NCBI RefSeq assembly: GCF_006345805.1
Contig: NC_043022.1
Coordinates: 19,158,001 to 19,222,000, forward strand
DNA: 64,000 nt
Direction: 5' to 3'
Source: Octopus sinensis
Lineage: Eukaryota
A model generated the notes under the pieces. The model saw only the letters and a list, made by a program, of their open reading frames with translations, ran no database searches and was not told where the DNA came from. How positions within the stretch are numbered: position 1 is the first letter of the stretch; the number at the start of each line of letters is the position of its first letter. A program made the position numbers and the translations under genes. Shown one piece after another: positions 48,134 to 60,026 of the stretch.

Positions 48134-48548
48134 GGATCTTTTCGGTTTGAACGGCAGTTTTTTCTAGCGGTGTCATATGAAATTGTCACCCATAATTATG
48201 ACCCTAGTATCGATCTATTGCATTTCAATCTGTTTTAGGGTTAGGGTTAGGGGTGGGGGGAAAGGATATCTTTTTTTTTCTTCACAAATCTGTTTCTTAA
48301 ACGAGGGACATTTTCATATTTCACCGCCAGAAAATTTTACGGCAGATAATGTTTTCACCTCAGTAGACGTCATTGATTGGTTGAAATTGCCAAAATTGAA
48401 GAAAATATCTTACAAACTGTAGAATTTTCTCAAGAAAGCCAAGAGGAAAAGATGTTTTATAAACACATTCTACCAGTATACGAAGTTTAAAAGTGTTTAG
48501 TTACATAGAAATTATTTTAAAAAACTGCCGTTCAGACCGAAAAGATCC
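48134..48548. mobile_element. MITE of the same family with roughly 28-bp TIRs
   Basis: GGATCTTTTCGGTTTGAACGGCAGTTTT ... AAAACTGCCGTTCAGACCGAAAAGATCC; internal TTAGGG repeats. Confidence 0.85.
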
Positions 48549-48939
48549 AAGATTTTTTTTTCTCTCAGAATAAAGGACAATCTTTTTTACGGATGGCATT
48601 GTAAATTGTTTTAGCGACAACATTGTGCCATGTATGTATTTATGTATGTGTGTATGTATATATGTGTGTATGTGTGTATGTGTGTATGTATATATTTATG
48701 TATGTATATATGTATGTGTGTGTGTGTGTTGTTTGTTCCTTCTTGAGCCTGGCTCATAAGGGCTGGTTTCCCAGTTTCCTTGGTGTATAGGTTCCCCACC
48801 TGGACGGGACGCCGGTCCATCGCAGGTGAGCTGCAAGATGCAGGAGGAAAGAGTGAGAGAAAGTTGTGGTGAAAGAGTCAGAAGAAGTTCGCCATTAAAT
48901 TCTGCCAGAGCCGCGTGGAGCTAAGGCATTTCGCTCATA

Positions 48940-49783
48940 AATACACATATTTGCGGATTCCATGGACAGCGAGGCTCACCAATGGAGAAGTTCTTAAGCA
49001 GATCAGGCCGAAAATTGTCGCTAGAAGCTGAGATCACCAAGCATAGATTAGCATATTTCGGTCATATTCATCATCATCATTTAGCGTCCGCTTTCCATGC
49101 TAGCATGAGTTGGACGGTTCAACTGGGGTCTGTGAAGCCAGAAGGCTGCATCAGGCCCAGTCTGATCTGGCAGTGTTTCTAACACCAACCACTCCGTGAG
49201 TGTAGTGTGTGCTTTTTACGTGCCACCCGCACAGGTGCCAGACGGAGCTGGCAAACGGCCACGGACAGATGGTGCTTTTTACGTGCCACCGGCACGGGGG
49301 CCAGGCAAGGCTGGCAACGGCCACGATCGGATGATGCTTTTTACGTGCCACTGGCACGGGGGCGAGGCGAGGCTGGCAACGGCCACCAACGGATGGTGCT
49401 TTTTATGTGCCACCGGAACGGAGGCCATTCGGGGCGGTGCTGGCAACGGCCACGATCGGATGGTTCGCTTACTTGTCACCGGCACTGGTATCACAGCTGC
49501 AATTTCCATTGATGTTGATCGACTTCGATTTTGGTTCTGCTTTCTGATATCTGATTTGATTTTGATTTTCACTTGCCTCAACGGGTCTTCACAGAGAAAA
49601 TCCCCGGAGAAGGACATCATGCTCGAAATGGTCAGCGGCAAGAGAGGAAGAGGCCGACCAAGAACCATCAAGAGTGATATCGGAATGGACATGGCCAGTC
49701 TGAAGGAAGCGACCCAAGATAGAACTGACTGGAGGACACTGATCCAACGAGTGACCGAGAGTCGACTTCGACTGAGCGGATAG
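48940..49783 (+). mobile_element. RTE (BovB-like) LINE 3' fragment split by a family B insertion (49067-49587)
   Basis: RIPWTAR.TN.EVL...RLAYFGHI joins SPEKDIML...GKRGRGRPR...DRTDWR.LI..VTESR.RL.G*. Confidence 0.8.
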
Positions 49784-50680
49784 AGAGAGAGATGCGATTA
49801 CATATTGTGTGTGTGTGTGTGTGGTGTGTGTGTGTGTGTGTGTGAACCAAAGAAGATTTGATCAATATGTAGGCCAAGTCAAATTAACCTTCCCTCTATG
49901 AAAAATACATCCTATATTTAGAGATGGACTCAGTGCGGCAGTCTAGAGGAAAGACCATTCAATCTTTTACAGTGCAGCTGCTACTGCTAATTATTTTTTT
50001 AGGTTTCGTGTGTGCACATGCATTATCAGGCCACTGTTACCAATAAGTATTACAGTGGAGGTACATGGCATAGTGGTTAGAGCAGCGGAGTTGCCGTCGA
50101 GGGATCGCGGGTTCGAATCTCAGACCGGGCGATGTGTGTGTTTATGAGCAAAAACACCTAAGCTCCACGCGGCTCCGGCAGAAGGTAATGGCGAACTTCT
50201 GCTGACTCTTTCGCCACAACTTTCTCTCACTCTTTCCTCCTGCATCTTGCAGCTAACCTGCGATGGACCGGCGTCCCGTCCAGGTGGGGAACCTATATGC
50301 CAAGGTAACCGGGAAACCGGTCCTTATGAGCCAGGCATGGCTCGAGAAGGAACAAACAAAACAACAACAAATAAGTATTACACTTAAGTCATAAAGAAAG
50401 GGATGCTGGATTATTTTAGTGTTAGAGTATGGGGTTAAGGTGGCGGCGCAATGGCCCTGTGGTTAGGGCAACGGACTCGCGGTTGAAGGATCGCGGTTTC
50501 GATTCCCACACCGGGCGTTGTGAGTGTTTATTGAGGCTCCGGCAGGGAATGGTGGCGAACTCTGCTGTACTCTTTCACCATGACACACAGAAAGACATTT
50601 TGCCGTTTATATATATAGAGGTGTAGGTCTAATCGACTTTCATTGATTATTTCCTGTTGTTCTCTTATTATTGATTTACC

Positions 50681-50716
<36 letters not shown>

Positions 50717-50721
50717 TATTA

Positions 50722-50791
<70 letters not shown>

Positions 50792-51231
50792 TGTAATTTC
50801 TGGGTTTCAAGAGAATTAGGTACTTTAATAATGAAAGTACCAAGGTCAGTTCAGCGATAGAGCTGTCATGTGCAAACAACATATAAAGACAAATACGTAC
50901 TCACGAAAGTAAACACGAATTTGTTCTGTTACGCATACATTCACAAATTGCTGACCGAATTACAATGAGTCATCAAGGTCACACATGGATACACTCTCTG
51001 ACCGAATTTGGATCGGCGTTCTCTAGTTATAATTATTAATTTTTTTACCTGTATTCACCTGCTAAAAACGTTTTCTGTTTTTTTTTTCTTCCATGATGTT
51101 CATCAAAAGGCAGAAGAAAAAAAAGAAAACAAAAAAAACCTGAAAGAGTTGCAGTGAATCACAAATCCATTTGTTGTTATTGTATGTTTAGATATGTAGT
51201 ATGTACACACACACACACACACACACACACC

Positions 51232-51269
<38 letters not shown>

Positions 51270-51360
51270 TATACTTGCACACACATACATTATATATACA
51301 TATATATACATATATATATTATATATATTTATATATAGATATATATATATATTTATATAT

Positions 51361-51432
<72 letters not shown>

Positions 51433-51785
51433 TTGTATTGTTCATCAACTTACAGATATTATAATGTTGGATTATTTATTCATTTTACAAATTAGAACAT
51501 GAAAAGCATAGAAAAATATTATATAAATCAATAGATAAGATAATAATACAAATACAGATTTTAAAAGTCGTAGTATAAATTAATGAAACCATTTTCTTAT
51601 TTATATTATACATTTACGGTAAAAATATTTCTTTACCTTCACCCGTTTAAATGATTTAATTGCATTGCAATTAAAAACATTTATGTATTAAGAATTTGGG
51701 TACTTTACCAACAGTATATTGGATAAATGATATCCCATAGTGGGTTACACCCATAACCCCTATCTTACTTTGTACTATACATACA

Positions 51786-51854
<69 letters not shown>

Positions 51855-51901
51855 TATAATATATATATATATATTGCAGCGTGGAAGGTGTTTATAAGCC
51901 A

Positions 51902-52537
51902 CTAGCAGTATCGCCCGGCGTTGCTCGGGTTTGTAAGGGAAATAACTATATAAGCATTTTTAGAGAGTTATAGCCAAAAAATAGCAAAAAAAGCATTAAA
52001 AATGGAAAAAATATGATGGTAAATTTTTTTTTAAATCGTTGACTCATCGTAGACATTTTTAGAGAGTTAATTCCCTTATATAATAGCGAAAAAATGTATT
52101 AAAATGGAAAAAAAAACGATGGTAAATTTTTTTTTTAATCGTAGACTCATGTAGACGCTTTCTTAGCCATTTCTGTTTTGGTGTCTTCAAGCCATGAAGT
52201 CGTTGTTCTAAAAGAACACTGGTCTCCTTGACAACGCATTACGACGTTGATTTCCTTACACTCCCTTCCCCACAGGTGCAGGTGTGAGCGTGGACGCCAA
52301 CTCCGCCGCCATCGACACGAAAAATTATGCATTAAAATGGAATAAAAAATGATGTTAAATTATTTTTAAAATCGTAGACTCATCGTAGACGCGCGCTAAT
52401 ATTCAGACGGGCTCGATATGAATCACGACTATAAGCTACCCGAATTTGGTTAAACTGCACCGCAAAATGTGGGAGTAGTTAGGAATCTAAATCGAAGGGG
52501 ACAGACACTCACACAACTACAGTTTTATATATATAGA
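51902..52537 (-). mobile_element. Complete 636-bp non-autonomous Helitron (Y type)
   Basis: A|TCTATATATATAAAA ... CCCGAGCAACGCCGGGCGATACTG-CTAG|T. Confidence 0.9.
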
Positions 52538-52672
52538 TATACATAGCGCAGTAGTGGTGAGATGTGACAGCAAAGAAAAGCATACATTCACTCTCTGCAT
52601 GCAATTAGACTCGGAAAGTTCGTGAGGAACCCATTGACCCAATTTGCTGACTTTTCCGATAGCACACAGGTC

Positions 52673-52930
52673 TCAATGAATGGTTGAATGACCAAATCCA
52701 AGCTTCTCTGCTAGTTCCTCAACAGTTACGATGAGATTTTGTTCCACCAGGGTTTTCAGAATGTCCTTGTCGAGTTCTACAGATCTTTCAGGATGAGGCT
52801 CGTCTTCTAGGCTGTAGTTTATGGCTCGGGATTTCTGGAACCACCATTGACACTGCCTTACGCTTATTGTCCAATCCCCATATACTGCATTAATATTTCT
52901 TGTACTTTGCACACATTTATATTCTGTTAT
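52673..52930 (-). pseudogene. Mariner-type transposase N-terminal (HTH) fragment
   Basis: TRNINAVYGD..ISVRQCQWWFQK.R....SLEDEP..ERSVELD.D.LK.LVEQN...TVEELAEKLG..HSTIH. Confidence 0.8.
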
Positions 52931-53211
52931 TCTTTTATATGTTTCAGCCTTGAGGTTGTGGCCATGCTGGATCATGTGTGTGTGTGTGTCTATCTGTCAG
53001 TCTGTCTGTATGTATATATGTATATGTATGTGTGTGAACAATAATATTTTCAACAGATGTGTTGCAAATGTATCTGATTGTTCTCAAGCTTCAATACTGT
53101 GTGTGTGTATGTGTATGTGTATGTATGTATGTATGTATATGTATGTATGTATGTATATGTATGTATGTGTGTGTGTATGTATGTATGTGTGTGTGTATGT
53201 ATGTGTGTGTA

Positions 53212-53242
<31 letters not shown>

Positions 53243-53785
53243 ATGTATGAGTGTATGTTTACTTTATTACTAACACAAGCCACTACGGTTATTTAATTGT
53301 AAAGTCTTCCTCAAATCACTCTCTCTCTCTCTCTCTCGCTATTTACTCTCTTCCAAGAACATTTTCACTCACTCTTAGCTTCCCATACATTTTACTCATG
53401 TATCTATCAGCGACATAGACAGAATACTTTCAGTTTAGTCTTCCTCAAATCACTCTGTCGCTATTTACTTTCATTTTATTCGTTGCCCACTGTGTGTGTG
53501 CGTTTGCGTGTGGTGTAAACCAGACTAAGAAAAGCATTTGACACACACACCAGAATGTGAGTTTTCTGTAAATTTTGCTTAATTGGAGTTAAAATTTTAA
53601 AAATTGGACCTGGCATGACGCGATGCATTGTACTCTGAAAAATGCTAGGTAAATTGTAATTGAAGAAATCCTATATTGTAGATTTGTATAACTCCCAAAG
53701 GGAGGCAGATAAAATCTGCCTTTTATAATAAGAGATTTAAGAAACACACAAAAGCCGTTCGATTCACTTCAACATTTAAGTTTAA

Positions 53786-53835
53786 TTTGTCAAAATATTC
53801 TCGTCGCTAAAATCCGCGACCTGTTCACTGACAAA
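53786..53835 (-). ncRNA. Hammerhead variant, left-arm copy (GAAA mutated to GAGA)
   Basis: Reverse complement of 54719-54768 with one core substitution. Confidence 0.6.
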
Positions 53836-54718
53836 GTCCGTGCTGCATCTGAGAAAGTAACAGTTAGTTCGTCATATATATGTACGTATGTATGTGTGTA
53901 TGTATGCATACATGTGTGTATGTATGTACGTATGCATGTACGTACATACGCCTGTGTATGTATGTATGTATGTATGTATGTATGTATGTATGTATGTATG
54001 TATGTATGTATGTATGTGTGTGTATATGCACGCACATACACTCTATAAACATAAAGCTATAAACCTGTAGCGATGGATGGATGTAGAGTGACCACTCATC
54101 ACAAAGCTATCAAATTTCAACTTCCTCCGGCCGAAGCTAGAAAGTGATTTACGACGCTTACTCCCAAAACTATACCCTAAAATCTATTATCAGATCTTTA
54201 TCTCTATATCACAGAACTAATGTTTTACTATTGTGCGTATGTATGTATGTATGTACATACATACATACATACCATACATACATACATACGCACATACATA
54301 CATACATACATACGCACAATAGTAAAACATTAGTTCTGTGATATAGAGATAAAGATCTGATAATAGGTTTTAGGGTATAGTTTTGGGAGTAAGCGCCGTA
54401 AATCACTTTCTAGCTTCGGCCGGAGGAAGTTGAAATTTGATAGCTTTGTGATGAGTGGTCACTCTACATCCATCCATCGCTACAGGTTTATAGCTTTATG
54501 TTTATAGAGTGTATGTGCGTGCATATACACACACATACATACATACATACATACATACATACATACATACATACATACATACATACATACATACATACAC
54601 AGGCGTATGTACGTACATGCATACGTACATACATACACACATGTATGCATACATACACACATACATACGTACATATATATGACGAACTAACTGTTACTTT
54701 CTCAGATGCAGCATGGAC

Positions 54719-54768
54719 TTTGTCAGTGAACAGGTCGCGGATTTTAGCGACGAAAATATTTTGACAAA
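54719..54768 (+). ncRNA. Hammerhead variant with a G3-C8 core
   Basis: TTTGTCA-GTGAACA-G-GTCGC-GGATTTTA-GCGAC-GAA-AATATT-T-TGACAAA: 7-bp stem I, 5-bp stem II, palindromic stem III. Confidence 0.72.
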
Positions 54769-55070
54769 TTAAACTTAAATGTTGAAGTGAATCGAACGGC
54801 TTTTGTGTGTTTCTTAAATGGCTTATAAACACCTTCCACGCTGCAATTGTTTTCGTTTCAGCACACGATCTCAGATCAAATTACTTGCTATGCGAGTACA
54901 TCTCCGTAATATATATATATATATACACATGTCTGAATGTATATAAATCAGAGAAGAACCACCATGTAGCAATTCAACAATGATATCACGATGATATAAT
55001 TAAATCATACCATGTAGAATTAAGTAAAGTACAAACTAAAAAATAAATAGTATATAATTGGTAAAAAGAC

Positions 55071-55101
<31 letters not shown>

Positions 55102-55619
55102 TCTTTTACTTGTTTCAATCATTTAACTACGGCCATGCTGGAGCACCGCCTTTTAGTTGAAGAAATCGACCCCAGGATTTGTCTTTGTAAGCCTAGTATT
55201 TATTCTATCGGTTCTTTTGCCGAACCGTTAAGTTACGGAGACGTAAACACACCAACATCGGTTGTCAAGCGATGGTGTGGGGACAGACACACACATATAC
55301 ACACATAAACATATACGACATGCTTCTTTCAGTTTCCATCTGCCATATTCACTCACAAGGCTTTGGTCAGCCCGAGGCTGACACTTACCCAAGGTGCCAT
55401 GCAGTCGGACTGAACCCAGAACCATGTGGTTGGGAAGCAAGCTTCTTATTTCTTTATTGCCCACAAGGGGACAAACAAGGACAGACAAATGGATTAAGTC
55501 GATTACATTGACCCCAGTGCGTAACTGGTACTTAATTTATCGACCCTGAAATGATGAATGCCAAAGTCGACCTCGGCAGAGTTTGAACTCACCTTCTTAC
55601 TACACAACCACTCCTGTGC

Positions 55620-55678
<59 letters not shown>

Positions 55679-55922
55679 TGTGTGTGTACACTATTGATTT
55701 TCATGTAACACTAATAATTAAGCTACCTTATTTCTCTGTTTTGTAATCTGATACAAAGACAGGCTGTTTTTTTAATGATTCAGATGTGTTCCACGCATGA
55801 CCACCCACACTGATATCTTATGATTATCGTCATTCAGTGTTGACGGCAGTTTCGAGAAAAACATTGCCAAACAAATTGTGTTTATCATCCGTAAGCCTTC
55901 GCAAGCGATTGCCTACAGAAAC

Positions 55923-56258
55923 TGTGGGATGACGTCAGCAGCTGGACGTCAGCAACCGGGTGCGTTAACCGGAAGCTGGGGCAACCGGAAGGGGCCAGCC
56001 GTCAGGCGTGCGCAGGGAGCGGGGAATTGTGCCCTTTCCAACGTGGGTCGTGCAGGTGACAAGACGTGTGAGGACGTCGCTAAGGGTTTGGGCTAGCAGC
56101 TGCTATCGTTAGTGTTCGGGTCGGGGCTGTGTGGAAGGACTAGTCACCACTGGAGGGTCTCCGTCACTAAGAAGAGAAGATAGGTACCTCTATATTCAAA
56201 TCGCGCACGCACTTCAAGCTATTTCGGCCGTTCTTAAACATTTACATTTTTTTCAACA
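55923..56258 (+). repeat. 5' LTR (3' boundary inferred from TG...CA)
   Basis: First 107 bp match 59855-59961 with 5 mismatches; ends TTCAACA; contains TGACGTCA at 55930. Confidence 0.7.
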
Positions 56259-56260
56259 CG

Positions 56261-57025
56261 ATGTCTGCAAAAATTAGGATCGCCAGTGACGTCGTCAGAC
56301 CTTTTAATGGCGAAGGCGATGTAGTGGCCTGGATTCGCAAAATCAGGCTGGTGGCAAGACTGCAGGGCATAAGCGACGTGGCGAGTCTTATGGCGCTGTA
56401 TTTAGAAGGGAGCGTGTTGACGCTCTACCTAGAGATGGATGAAGAGGAACGGCTCAGCGAGGAGAATATAGAGCGACGCTTGCGTGATGCCTACACGGAA
56501 TGCGAGTACACAGCTTTTGCTAAGCTAGGTGCAATCAGGTGGACGGGAGGCCAAGTGGATGACTTTGCATCAGAAGTTAGAAGGCTAGCGACTCTGGCCG
56601 GGTTTGCGGGAGAAGGGCTGGCGAGAGCAGCCCGGCTGGCGTTTGTCAATGGTTTCCCCGACGATGTAGGGATTCACCTACAACGACTGCCCGGGATTAA
56701 AAAGATGCCGCTGAGCGAACTTGTGGCTCAGGTTCGCGTGTTGACGAGACACTCTGGGCGGAAGGCGATAGCGATGGCGGTGACGGAGGCGCGTAAAGAC
56801 GGACGACGTCCCGAGAAAGAGGTACAGAAGCTTACCGTGCAACGAGAGCGGCCGTTCTCAGGACGGTGTTTTAGATGCCAGGGACCACACATGGTGCGGG
56901 ACTGCACGCAGCCGGGGCCCGTTTGCTATCGATGCAGGCAAACAGGGCACATTGCCCGTGATTGCGACCAGGGAAACGACCGCGGGGAAGTTGCTGCCTC
57001 TCGAACTTTCCCCTCAAACGAGTAA
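56261..57025 (+). CDS. gag: Gag with two CCHC zinc knuckles
   Basis: CFRCQGPHMVRDC and CYRCRQTGHIARDC. Confidence 0.9.
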   Translation: MSAKIRIASDVVRPFNGEGDVVAWIRKIRLVARLQGISDVASLMALYLEGSVLTLYLEMDEEERLSEENIERRLRDAYTECEYTAFAKLGAIRWTGGQVDDFASEVRRLATLAGFAGEGLARAARLAFVNGFPDDVGIHLQRLPGIKKMPLSELVAQVRVLTRHSGRKAIAMAVTEARKDGRRPEKEVQKLTVQRERPFSGRCFRCQGPHMVRDCTQPGPVCYRCRQTGHIARDCDQGNDRGEVAASRTFPSNE

Positions 57026-59841
57026 AGGCGCTATTGGAGACGCTGCCATTGATTGACGTGGAGGCTGAGGGGGAGACGTTCAAGGCCCTTGTGGATACGG
57101 GCTGTACGACCACCCTGGTGACTTCGAGGGTGACGAAGGAATGGAACGAGGTGAGTAGTGTCCGGGCGGTCGACGGCAGCGAAATCCGTTGCAGAGGCAG
57201 CAGCAAAGTAGAGATAGTGGTGTGCGGCGCGACGCTAAGGCTGCAGGCAATTGTGGCCGAACGCGTGATAGATGGAGTTGATGTGGTGATGGGGATGGAT
57301 GCCATCAACTGCCTCGGTGGCGTCAGTGTTGTGGGAAATGAGGTCACTTTCGGAAGCGTGGGGGCGTCGTGCACTGCGAGTCAGGATCGCCAGAGAGAGC
57401 AGAGCCCCGCGAGGGACTGCGCCGCTTACACCATCGAGGACAAAGACTTTCAGGCGGCGTTCGATGGTCAGCGGTGGACGATAGAGTGGCGATGGAAGGA
57501 CGAGCCCCCGACGCTGGAGAACAGGGTGAGCTGTTACCAGCATACCCTGAAAGGCTACGCCAGGGTCGAGTTTGAAGACGAGGTGGAGAGGTGGATCGAG
57601 GAAGGGGTCCTTGTCCCTTGGAAGGAGGAGGTAGCGGGCGGAGTGCTACCCCTGATGGCGGTGGTGCAGCCTACGAAGGGAAAAGTCAGACCGGTGCTGG
57701 ACTTCAGGGAGCTAAACCAGCACATATCGTGTCACACGGGAGGTGAGGCGACAGACGTTTGTGGCGAGGCATTACGTAAGTGGAGACAGTCGACTGAGGC
57801 AGCGACGATTGTCGACTTGAGATCGGCATACTTGCAGCTCCATGTGAGCGACAAACTGTGGCGATATCAGCTGGTGCGGTACAAGGGCCGGACGTACTGT
57901 CTAACCAGGCTGGGTTTCGGGCTGAATTCCGCTCCGAAGATCATGGCGGCAGTGCTTAGGTCCGTCCTAGGGAAAGACGGCAAGATTAGAAAGGCCACCA
58001 GCTCCTACATTGACGACATTTTGGTGGACGAAACTGTAGTGCCAGCCGACGAGGTAGTTAGACATCTGGAGAAGTTCGGACTGATTGCTAAGCCACCGGA
58101 GTCGATTGAAGGGGGAGCCGCGCTGGGGCTGAAACTGCGAAGAGATGGATCAGGTGAATTGGTGTTCCGGAGAGGAAATGAAATCCCAGAGCTGAGTTCC
58201 AGCGTCAGCAGGAGAGAGCTGTTCTCGGTGTGTGGGAAGTTGGTCGGTCACTACCCGATCGCTGGATGGCTGTGCACAGCGTGTAGTTACACCAAGAGAC
58301 GAGCAGAAGGAGAGAGGTGGGGCGACAAGGTGGGAGAAGGGACGGTGGCGATGATGCAGGAAATCCTAGAGAGGACAAGAGCGGAAGACCCGGTCAGGGG
58401 GAACTGGTACGTGCCCAAGACGAAATGCGGGACCGTCTGGTGTGATGCTAGCAGTATAGCGATAGGGGTGGTGTTGGCAATCGAAGGCACTGCGGTGGAG
58501 GACGCGGCCTGGCTTCGGAAAGCAGATGATTTCAACCACATCAATGTCGCCGAATTAGACGCGCTGCTGAAAGGGGTGAACTTGGCCTTCAAATGGGGGC
58601 TGCGCACGATTGAAACCCGGACGGATTCGGCCACTGTGCTTGGCTGGGTAGGATCGGTGACCACCGGTGACAGGAGAGTGCGGACGAAAGGTGCTGCGGA
58701 GATGTTAGTGAAGCGCCGTCTAGGAGTTCTAGGTGAATTGATCGCCGAGTTCGGACTGAAGCTGAACGTGGTTTTCGTGCCTTCGGAGAAAAACAGGGCG
58801 GACGTACTGACCAGGGTGAAAAGAGCGTGGTTGGAAGAACCGAAGGAGGCCCGGAAAGGGATAGCTGCGGCGTGTCGGTTGGATGACTCTGAACTGAAGA
58901 AACTGCATGCTATGCATCACCTGGGTGTGGACAGGACCCTGTATCTGTCGAAAAAAATTGATGCTGACGTCACTAGGAGAAGCGTCCGGAAGGTGGTCGG
59001 GAGCTGCGACAGGTGTCAGTCCATCGACCCTGCTCCGTGTGGGCATGAACAGGGAAGCCTTTCCGTGGAGCAAAACTGGAAAAGGCTAGCTGTGGATGTG
59101 ACACACTACCGTCAGCGAATGTATCTCTCCATGGTCGACTGCGGGCCGGGCCGGCTGGCCATTTAGAGGGAGTTGAGATCGGGCATTGCTGACGAGATCG
59201 CGCAGATCCTGAACGGGATATTTTTAGAGAGAGGTCCCGTGGAAGAACTACTGATGAACAACGGGGCGGCGTTTCGTTCGGAAGCATTGAGGGTTATGCT
59301 TGATCAGTGGAATGTGCGACGCTTGTTCAGAGCAGTGTATAGGCCGAGCGGTAACGGGATCGAGGAGAGACACCATCGGACAGTCAAGGCCATAGCGGAA
59401 AGAGGGCACATTTCGCCGCTTGAAGCAGTTTTTTGGTACAACTTGTCTCCCCGATCCGGACAGGCTGAGGAATCTGTGCCGCAGAGAGCTGTGTTCAAAT
59501 ATGAATGGAGGCACCCGAGCAAAGCGCCGGAGGGTCACGAGGAAGAGAAGGGACCCGTTCGCGTGAAAATAGGGGAGGAAGTCTGGGTCAAGCCACCAAA
59601 GGCGCGCTGTACGTCTCAATGGAGCAGAGGAACGGTGACGGCGATCAATTCCAGAAGCAACGTATCCGTAGATGGAACACCACAACACGTCTTGGACCTT
59701 CGCAGGATTGTTGCTTCGACGGATGATGATTCTGGAGAGGGGGAGAACGAGGAGCCCAGCTTGAAAAGATCTCGACGAGCAAGGCGCTCTCCCAGTTGGA
59801 TGGTGGACTACAACATGGAGCGGAAAGATTGTGATCTTTAA
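56962..59841 (+). pseudogene. pol: Pol (protease, RT, RNase H, integrase) with one in-frame TAG at 59164-59166
   Basis: LVDTGC, RPVLDFRELN, YIDDILV, WCDASS...AEL...TDS, HHCC, AVDVT / NNGAAF / GNGIEER. Same frame on both sides of the stop. Confidence 0.92.
56971..57022 (+). promoter_or_regulatory. Candidate -1 ribosomal frameshift signal
   Basis: G GGA AAC in the gag frame, 6-nt spacer, stem GGGGAAGTT/AACTTTCCCC; pol lies in the -1 frame. Confidence 0.75.
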
Positions 59842-59984
59842 GATCAGGGTGGCGTGTGGGATGACGTCAGCAGCTGGACGTCAGCAGCCGGGTGCGTTGA
59901 CCGGAAGCTGGGGCAAGAGGAAGGGGTCAGCCGTCAGGCGTGCGCAGGGAGCGGGGAATTGCGGAATACCTACTGTCTGGCTAC

Positions 59985-60026
59985 GCTGCATTGAAAAGGG
60001 GCAATACCCCGAAACGCGTCTGCAGC
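59985..60026 (+). ncRNA. Minimal hammerhead with a U3-A8 core
   Basis: GCTGCA-TTGAAAA-GGGG-CAATA-CCCC-GAA-ACGCGT-C-TGCAGC: 6-bp stem I, 4-bp stem II, palindromic stem III, GUC triplet. Confidence 0.82.

Larger units (their letters stand above)
51902..53735 (-). mobile_element. Composite Helitron insertion (X-type 5' end, captured DNA, nested Y-type Helitron supplying the 3' end)
   Basis: A|TCTCTTATTATAAAAGGCAG at 53735, CTAG|T at 51902. Removing it restores family F sequence TAAGCC-A-TTTAAG. Confidence 0.85.
53736..54848. repeat. Palindrome with roughly 540-bp arms (family F plus internal unique DNA and microsatellites)
   Basis: Mirror-image ORFs; four substitutions and microsatellite length differences seen between arms; centre about 54275. 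Confidence 0.92.
55923..59961 (+). mobile_element. Ty3/Gypsy-type LTR retrotransposon, near-intact; 3' LTR truncated
   Basis: LTR TGTGGGATGACGTCAG at 55923 and 59855; gag then PR-RT-RH-IN order; purine-rich stretch before the 3' LTR. Confidence 0.93.
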
